The notes under the pieces are model-generated. The model worked only from the letters and a program-made list of their open reading frames with translations. It ran no database searches and had not been told where the DNA came from. A DNA stretch of 26,564 bases, taken from positions 2,371 through 28,934 of the forward strand of contig JAYPIC010000005.1 of assembly GCA_038127595.1 (NCBI GenBank), read 5' to 3'. This stretch comes from a bacterium. Lineage in GTDB: Bacteria > Fidelibacterota > Marinisomatia > Marinisomatales > UBA1611. Within the stretch, counting starts at the first letter, position 1, and each line of letters starts with the position of its first letter. This document shows positions 20,598 to 26,564 of this stretch, in pieces. The position numbers and the translations under genes were made by a program.

Positions 20598-21437
20598 ATG
20601 TCATCTGCTAAAAAATTATTTTTTGCCATTTCAATAATATTCTTACTATCCTGTGAGGAAAGAGATTATCAGGATTGTAACGGCATAATAAATGGTGGTG
20701 CTTATTATGATGATTGCGGTGTATGCGTAGGTGGGAGGACAGGACTTACTGAATGCATAGTGGACTGTAATGGTCAACTTGGTGGTACAGCCTATTTAAA
20801 TCAATGCGAACTTTGTGTTGAGGGTAACACTACCCTACCACAAGATTCATGCAGTAATCTAAACTTTAATGGATATAGCTACAAAACAGTTATAATAGGA
20901 CAACAAGTATGGCTAGCAGAAGACCTAAAGACAGATCAATTTAGCGACGGTTCAACTATACCTGATTATAACTCAGAGGTAATTGATTCATCTGGAACTA
21001 AGTTTGTGACAAATTTAAATGATTCAGAAAATAGAAGATTTTATTACAGTGCCAAGACTTTAAACCAATTAGCTCCAATTGGATGGAGGATCCCAACTAA
21101 ATTAGATGTTGAAAATTTAATAAATGAATTAGGTGGTGATAGTACCGCAGGTGGCAAACTAAAAGACGCTGGTTATAATTCATGGGATTTCCCCAATCAA
21201 TTTGCTACAAATGAGTCTGGTTTTGCAGCTTTAGGAACGGGATATAGAAATAATAGTGGCAATTTAGTAGATACGCGGAGAAGATATTCCTTTTGGACAC
21301 AAGACACCTTGAGAGTAATAGATAGCATTGAGACTTATCATTGGACATTGAAATTAAGCTTTGATAGTAATAATGCTTTATTAGTGCCTGACAGCTCAGG
21401 AATTGGTCATCCTATAAGATTAATAAAAGATCATTAA
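20598..21437 (+). CDS. Lipoprotein with two Cys-rich repeats and a Fibrobacter succinogenes major paralogous (FISUMP)-like domain
   Basis: Lipobox LLSC; two DCNG...GG.AY...C..CV.G.T units; YKTVIIGQQVWLAEDL, APIGWRIPT, AGGKLK and NESGFAAL motifs. Confidence 0.8.
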   Translation: MSSAKKLFFAISIIFLLSCEERDYQDCNGIINGGAYYDDCGVCVGGRTGLTECIVDCNGQLGGTAYLNQCELCVEGNTTLPQDSCSNLNFNGYSYKTVIIGQQVWLAEDLKTDQFSDGSTIPDYNSEVIDSSGTKFVTNLNDSENRRFYYSAKTLNQLAPIGWRIPTKLDVENLINELGGDSTAGGKLKDAGYNSWDFPNQFATNESGFAALGTGYRNNSGNLVDTRRRYSFWTQDTLRVIDSIETYHWTLKLSFDSNNALLVPDSSGIGHPIRLIKDH

Positions 21438-21460
21438 ATAAACATATTTTTGTCAAGAAA

Positions 21461-22345
21461 ATGATTAATAAATCAAAAATAATTTTTTCATTTATAATTC
21501 TTTTTTCTTGCACCAAACAATTAAATGAAGATACCCAAGATATAATAGACCCTATTCAGTTCATTTGGATTTCATCAAGTGAGAATCAAAGAAGTCTTTC
21601 AGGAATTAAAGATATATACATAAACATTAAAAACTTTCCAAAAGTCTGGAAGATATACCTTTCGATTATCAATAACCCTGCTGTAAATAATCAAAATAGA
21701 ATACTATTAGATACCACTAGCACAATAGACCAGGATATTTATCAGACCTATTGGGATACTAAGTTGTACCCAAATGGCGAATATGAACTATACGCAGAAC
21801 TCTTTGATAGTTCAAATAATAGAATTTTTACTACTGAGTTTTTCAACATAAATAATTACAAAATGCTTAATGTAAAAAATAATTTAGAATCACCTGTTGA
21901 TTATCAAATTAATGGTGCGTTTGGAACGATTTTTTCAAACTCTTTTGGATTAATCGAAGTTGAGAACTTTTTTAATGATTTAATTTTAACAAGCTTTTCA
22001 GCAGGTATGCCCTGCGGAATTAGTTTAAGTAATTCATTCGTCATTAAACCAGATAGCTCAAATATTCCAATTATTATTAATCCAGATAGCAGTGTATTCT
22101 TCCTTAAAATTCAAAATAGTCAGAATTCATATATAGATTCTGTTACCATAAAAAACAATTTTTTATATGAGCGCTGTAATAATATTTCCATTCCAAATGA
22201 TAATCAGGTGTATTCCATTGGCTATTTTTCATTAAATAATGGAAGTGAAACTAAAATTATAGCAAACTATGGAAATACAGTAGATACAATCGATGTAAAT
22301 TTTTATGATCAATCAATAAAAATTGATACGTTGATTATTAATTAA
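21461..22345 (+). CDS. Hypothetical beta-rich lipoprotein (possible Ig-like domain)
   Basis: Lipobox LFSC; WDTKLYPNGEYELYAE resembles a bacterial Ig-like strand motif. Confidence 0.65.
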   Translation: MINKSKIIFSFIILFSCTKQLNEDTQDIIDPIQFIWISSSENQRSLSGIKDIYINIKNFPKVWKIYLSIINNPAVNNQNRILLDTTSTIDQDIYQTYWDTKLYPNGEYELYAELFDSSNNRIFTTEFFNINNYKMLNVKNNLESPVDYQINGAFGTIFSNSFGLIEVENFFNDLILTSFSAGMPCGISLSNSFVIKPDSSNIPIIINPDSSVFFLKIQNSQNSYIDSVTIKNNFLYERCNNISIPNDNQVYSIGYFSLNNGSETKIIANYGNTVDTIDVNFYDQSIKIDTLIIN

Positions 22346-22370
22346 CCCTAAAAATCTAAATGTTGTTTTT

Positions 22371-23858
22371 TTACTTAAGAAGTAAGGCCTTTTTGGTTTC
22401 AATTATTGTTGGAGTTTGTATTTTTACAAAATACATCCCTGATGGAAAAGCTGAAGCATCCCAACTAACTCTATGATATCCTGATGTTAGATATCTCTCA
22501 TTTATCAATGTCGACACCCTCTCTCCTAGCATATTATATATAGAAATAGAGACTGTAGTTTCAGATGGTAAGGAATATGAGACTGTTAAAAATGGATTGA
22601 ATGGATTAGGATACAAACTATGAATGTTAGGCCTATTTGGAAGCGAAATTGATTCCTGTGTGTAGAAATCTTTATTGTATACAGTTTTTATCTCAAAACC
22701 ATCTTTTGATGCAATAACAATATCGCTTACTTCCAAAACTGACCTATTAGGAATACTAAGAATGATTTCCGTTAAAGAGTTAGTACCCGAGGCGTCATAA
22801 GCAAATACATTGTATTCATTATTATTTGATATGTAGTTAATCGACCAACCATTAGGAAGTGATATATTTTCCAAATGTTTACCGATATCTTTTAAGGTTG
22901 ATAATTTAAATTGAAAACCACCTATCTCAGAATCTGACTCAATGATAATTTTGTCAGTGACTGTGTTTTCTACAATTGATAAAATTCCCTCATCAGTACC
23001 TATTTGCATTGATGGGATATTATCGAATAAAACCATATTGACTAAGTTAACAACATCAATAATATTTACATTATTGTCATAATTAATATTACCCGCCTGC
23101 TGCCTACATTCAGATATTGGAATTTCTTCAGAATCATCAAGCTGCAAATGATCTAACAGAGCAACAACATCAAAAAAGTTTATTTTTGGTGAACCAGATT
23201 CGTCCAAGTCTCCATTTACATTGCCAACAACATATACATTAGCATTATCACAAATATCACATGCATCACCTTTACCATCTTCGTCAATGTCTGATTGAGT
23301 AGGATTGTATATTTCTGGGCAATTATCAATATCTACATCAAAACCATCCTCATCTAGATCAGATGGTAAATCTTCAAGCGCTTGGTTAATTGTTGCAATA
23401 ATTGCTGTTTGATTATATCCTGATTCTGAATAAAGCACTTCACCGTTACCCCCAATTACTACATTATGAGGAATGTACCCTACACCGAATAATCCATATA
23501 CATTATTTATATCCTCGACAATCGGATGGGAAAGACCAAAAGTGGTCCCCCAACTTGTGCAACTATACGGTTGATTCCAGTCTTGGCCAAATGCGACGAG
23601 AACTAATGAATCATTCGTGTATTGTTGTAAAACTGCTTCTGCCTGCGGAGCCTCCGTAGTGCAGGAAGGTCACCACGAAGTAAAAAAATTAATCCACGTA
23701 ACTCTATCTCTACCATGTTCGTCATAGGACCATGTACCATCGCCATTGTGACAAATATCACCAGAAAAATCATCCACATAACTTCCTACGGTGTAAGTCT
23801 GACTGAAAGAGAAAGAAAATAAAAGTATTATGCCTAAAAATGTCTTCATTCTTAACAT
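22371..23858 (-). CDS. Predicted secreted selenoprotein (495 aa, Sec63): thioredoxin/TlpA-like UxxC domain, TSP3 repeat, dockerin-like domain and T9SS type A-like C-terminal domain
   Basis: ORFs 23670-23858 and 22371-23438 share a frame (starts 420 nt apart). The only stop between them is TGA 23672-23670. Read-through gives WINFFTSW-U-PSCTTEAPQAEAVLQQY...GYIPHNVVIGGNGEVLYSESGY. An alternative start is ATG 23849. Confidence 0.88.
23636..23669 (-). promoter_or_regulatory. Candidate bacterial SECIS element
   Basis: Immediately 3' of the UGA: CUU(C)CUGC-A-CU-A-CGGA-[GGC]-UCCG-C-AG-GCAG-AAG. The apical loop begins with G, 17 nt after the UGA. The segment is GC-rich in an AT-rich window. Folded by eye only. 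Confidence 0.72.
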
Positions 23859-23910
23859 AAGTTAATATCTACCCCCTAGAAAAATAAAGTTTTTTATTGT
23901 GGGAAAAATC

Positions 23911-25896
23911 TTAGAAAATTGCACTATATGAAAGTTTCAGCCCATCATTAAAAGGCTGAAGAATTCTGCAAATTCCATTGCTGCATACTAACCCACCCTG
24001 TATGGAGCCGTACAAAAACGATATTCGCTGAGTTGATGAAATATTATAAGAAAATTCAAGAGCGACCCATTTATTTTTAGTAAAGGATGGAGAAACTTTC
24101 CTATTTCGTTCACCAGTAAAGTACTTTATATCTCCATAAACCAAAGCCTCTAATGGATTATACTTAGGGTCAACGGTTACAATTTCTTGAACATTCGTCC
24201 AATCATAGTTTAATGTTAAAGCCCACTTAGACGCTTTCCCAACAGAAATTGAAATCATTCTATTTATTTGAAAGGGTATCTGATCAGGATAATTACTAGT
24301 TGTCTGATTAACGTATACATCTGGGTTATCAATATCATTTAAAACCCATGCAGAATCTGCATAATTGTAAAATCCGCCGGCATTACCCTTTTTTACATTA
24401 TTTTTATATCTTTCCTGGTAGGCAAATCCAAACCCTAAAGAATAACCATTATTCATGGCATATGTAAAATCAATAGGAATAGTGAAAGATTTAGAGCTTT
24501 GATAAAGTATAGTCTCAATTTGATTATTGATTGTATCAATACTTACTAATTGGGAATCTAAATAAAACCAATCATCTCCGTACCATAATGAGTCTGTGTA
24601 TTGCCATACTTCAGAAATTGAATTTGAATATCCTTCAAAATATCGATTAACCTTTGGTACTTCCTTGTTTGTACCAAATGCAGTTCTAAACTGAAGCTTA
24701 TTGTCAAAAACATAACCATTTAGCTCGGTATAGAATTCTTTATACGGCAAAGCACTAAAATTCTCTGTTGGTAACAATCCAGGAACCTCGTTGCGTTCCC
24801 ACTTTATTGGACTAACCGAGGTCCAAGTATCGTTCCTACTCAGATGAGAATATTGGCTAACGATTTGAAAACCATTTGGCAATCCACCAGAAAGCTCGAT
24901 TTGAAAACCTCTTTCATCATTCGCATTTGTTTGATGGGCAGCTCTTCCTAAGAAACTGTGATTTTGCTCACGATACAAAATAGGCATTACTTGATAATCA
25001 ATTCTATTACCATAATTATTGATTATATAATCAGTATCAACAGGACTTAGCCTGTCAAAACTATATTTTTTATATTCAAAAAATAGTGACCAACTATCTG
25101 AATAAAAGTTAGAATTAAAATAGAATGCAGAACCTTTTTTTAACGGCGATAATGTCTCAATTTCCTGACCAGAGAAGTTTGTCTGATATGTCCTAGTTTT
25201 TGATTGTTTATCTACATATTCCGCAAATATGTCCATATTGGAACCATACCAGGATAAATAAGCACCATGAAGCCGATGGTTTATATCTACTGTATCCATT
25301 ACTCCTAAGGGCTTTAATTGATGTAGTTCATTAGACTGTAAAAATGATACGCCATAACTGAACGGATATGCATCAAAATTAATGTTTGTAGCATCGATAT
25401 TATGGGTAAACTCAAATTCAGGATATCTTAAATCAGAACCAAGCTGAGCATTTATTGTTTTTCCACTCAATTGAGTAACACTAATATTATCTGCCATATA
25501 ATTTATTAAGTAACCTCTTGAGCTATTGTCAAAATCAATACTCTGATCATCAAGTTGCGATAAAACTAACCCTCGACCCCAGACCTCATAAACATCACCA
25601 AATTTTAGTGTCCAAGGACCAGAACTATATTCTACTCTGTACTTTCTCAAATCTTTTATAGGGAAGCCAAGCTCAGGTGGGTCTGAGTATTCGTACTGTA
25701 GCCAAGCTGAAAAATTATTTTTAAAAAAATTTAAATCCATCCTGTTTTCCATGTAAGTAAAATCATCATAACTATCACCAAAATTCATTACAATACCAGC
25801 ATTATAATTCCAGAAATCTAAGTCAAATACCGAAAAAGGATTTTCTTCTGCATTTAAAAAAGAAAAAGTCGCAATAGCTAAAAATTTCTTATTCAT
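23911..25896 (-). CDS. DUF6029-like outer-membrane beta-barrel protein
   Basis: Probable start ATG 25896 (MNKKFLAIATFSFLNA signal); GDVYEVWGRGLVL; C-terminal QGGLVCSNGICR..P; terminal Phe; aromatic-rich beta strands. Confidence 0.75.
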   Translation of the reverse strand: MNKKFLAIATFSFLNAEENPFSVFDLDFWNYNAGIVMNFGDSYDDFTYMENRMDLNFFKNNFSAWLQYEYSDPPELGFPIKDLRKYRVEYSSGPWTLKFGDVYEVWGRGLVLSQLDDQSIDFDNSSRGYLINYMADNISVTQLSGKTINAQLGSDLRYPEFEFTHNIDATNINFDAYPFSYGVSFLQSNELHQLKPLGVMDTVDINHRLHGAYLSWYGSNMDIFAEYVDKQSKTRTYQTNFSGQEIETLSPLKKGSAFYFNSNFYSDSWSLFFEYKKYSFDRLSPVDTDYIINNYGNRIDYQVMPILYREQNHSFLGRAAHQTNANDERGFQIELSGGLPNGFQIVSQYSHLSRNDTWTSVSPIKWERNEVPGLLPTENFSALPYKEFYTELNGYVFDNKLQFRTAFGTNKEVPKVNRYFEGYSNSISEVWQYTDSLWYGDDWFYLDSQLVSIDTINNQIETILYQSSKSFTIPIDFTYAMNNGYSLGFGFAYQERYKNNVKKGNAGGFYNYADSAWVLNDIDNPDVYVNQTTSNYPDQIPFQINRMISISVGKASKWALTLNYDWTNVQEIVTVDPKYNPLEALVYGDIKYFTGERNRKVSPSFTKNKWVALEFSYNISSTQRISFLYGSIQGGLVCSNGICRILQPFNDGLKLSYSAIF

Positions 25897-25937
25897 TACT
25901 TTTGAAATTGGCAAATATGGTATGTTTAAATTCTGAA

Positions 25938-26447
25938 TTATTTTTTCAAGGATAGTAGAGATTGTATTTGGTCTTTTATCTCTAATTCTTCCCCAGGCAT
26001 ATATCCCTGATGTCGCCATCTAACAGTAGCATCCTGATTAATCAAAATCAAATTAGGCATAATCTGACCATTTAGCTTTTTGGAAATCTGCTGATTTGGA
26101 TCTATGCCAACTAAAAAATCATACCCTTTAGAATTCACATAAGCTTTTACTTTACCAAGGCTTCTAGGAGTATCTTGATTGATCATAAGAACCTGAAACC
26201 CCTCAGAATTAAATTCATTATGATATTGATTAAGATGTTTCATTACCTGCTTACAAGGCTTGCACCAAGTTGCCCAAAAATCAAGCAGAACAGGTCCTGT
26301 TTTTAATAATTTGTAAAGAGTAGTTTTTTTACCATTAAGTAATTTTAAGTCAATATCTGGTATTTTTCCTAACGAGGGGTTTTCTTGACCCAACAAAACT
26401 ATAAAGCTTGTTAAAATAACTATGGATATTATTTTAATTTTTTTCAT
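25938..26447 (-). CDS. TlpA/ResA-like thiol-disulfide oxidoreductase, exported
   Basis: N-terminal signal or anchor; LLDFWATWCKPC; cis-Pro motif IMPNLILI. Confidence 0.92.
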   Translation of the reverse strand: MKKIKIISIVILTSFIVLLGQENPSLGKIPDIDLKLLNGKKTTLYKLLKTGPVLLDFWATWCKPCKQVMKHLNQYHNEFNSEGFQVLMINQDTPRSLGKVKAYVNSKGYDFLVGIDPNQQISKKLNGQIMPNLILINQDATVRWRHQGYMPGEELEIKDQIQSLLSLKK

Positions 26448-26449
26448 TT

Positions 26450-26563
26450 CTATAAAACAGGTTCTAAAAAGTTTTTCAATTCATTTTCATTTATGAATTT
26501 TAAACTAACATTGCTAAGATTTTCAACATCAAGAAGCCACAGAGCATGACTTTTGTTGAAATC
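26450..26563 (-). CDS. 3' end of an unidentified upstream CDS (partial)
   Basis: An open frame from the window edge reads DFNKSHALWLLDVENLSNVSLKFINENELKNFLEPVL*, and its TAG ends 2 nt before the TlpA ATG. Confidence 0.6.
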   Translation of the reverse strand, partial: DFNKSHALWLLDVENLSNVSLKFINENELKNFLEPVL

Positions 26564-26564
26564 A

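Noticed and set aside
23402..23659. 85-aa plus-strand ORF filling the apparent gap between the two minus-strand ORFs
   Set aside because: It is an antisense shadow of the read-through Trx domain and has no recognisable motif.
23670..23672. TGA as a nonsense mutation (pseudogene) or as Trp/Gly under genetic code 4 or 25
   Set aside because: TGA is a true stop in rpmF, fabH, fabD, fabF and the DUF151 gene, and Trp is TGG. The codon falls exactly on the catalytic Cys position, a SECIS-like hairpin follows, and there are no other lesions. A pseudogene is disfavoured but not formally excluded.
25897..26019. N-terminal extensions in the ORF track (also 13199-13261, 14680-14760, 19399-19425)
   Set aside because: They overlap neighbouring genes; downstream ATGs give proper signal peptides or family N-termini.
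26521..26561. Inverted repeat TTTCAACA...TGTTGAAA
   Set aside because: It is only 8 bp, AT-rich and inside a probable coding frame at the window edge, so likely chance.

Overview
AT-rich, densely coding bacterial window using the standard code (Trp is TGG, and TGA is the ordinary stop of rpmF, fabH, fabD and fabF). Gene content suggests an FCB-superphylum marine bacterium, probably Ca. Marinimicrobia; this is an inference. Positions 1-9289 (+) carry sucC end, sucD, ndk, a poly-Glu SPOR lipoprotein, a membrane protein and yceD-rpmF-fabH-fabD-fabG-acpP-fabF-rnc, without plsX. Positions 9295-19398 (-) carry murQ, an M48 peptidase, a DUF5916-like protein, a MazG-like protein, an exported LIM/DA1-like zinc peptidase, PMM/PGM, a polyprenyl synthase, PGI/PMI and a DUF151 nuclease. 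Next come prmA, tRNA-Arg(ACG) and two lipoproteins. The main finding is at 22371-23858 (-). Two ORFs that the track splits are one reading frame interrupted only by a TGA in a thioredoxin-type W-U-P-S-C motif, followed directly by a SECIS-like hairpin. This predicts a 495-aa secreted selenoprotein (Trx fold, TSP3, dockerin-like, T9SS-type C-terminal domain). It lies downstream of a TlpA-type CxxC protein and a DUF6029-like outer-membrane barrel with a C-terminal Cys pair, a candidate trans-envelope thiol/selenol redox relay. Family assignments come from motif recognition, not database searches.
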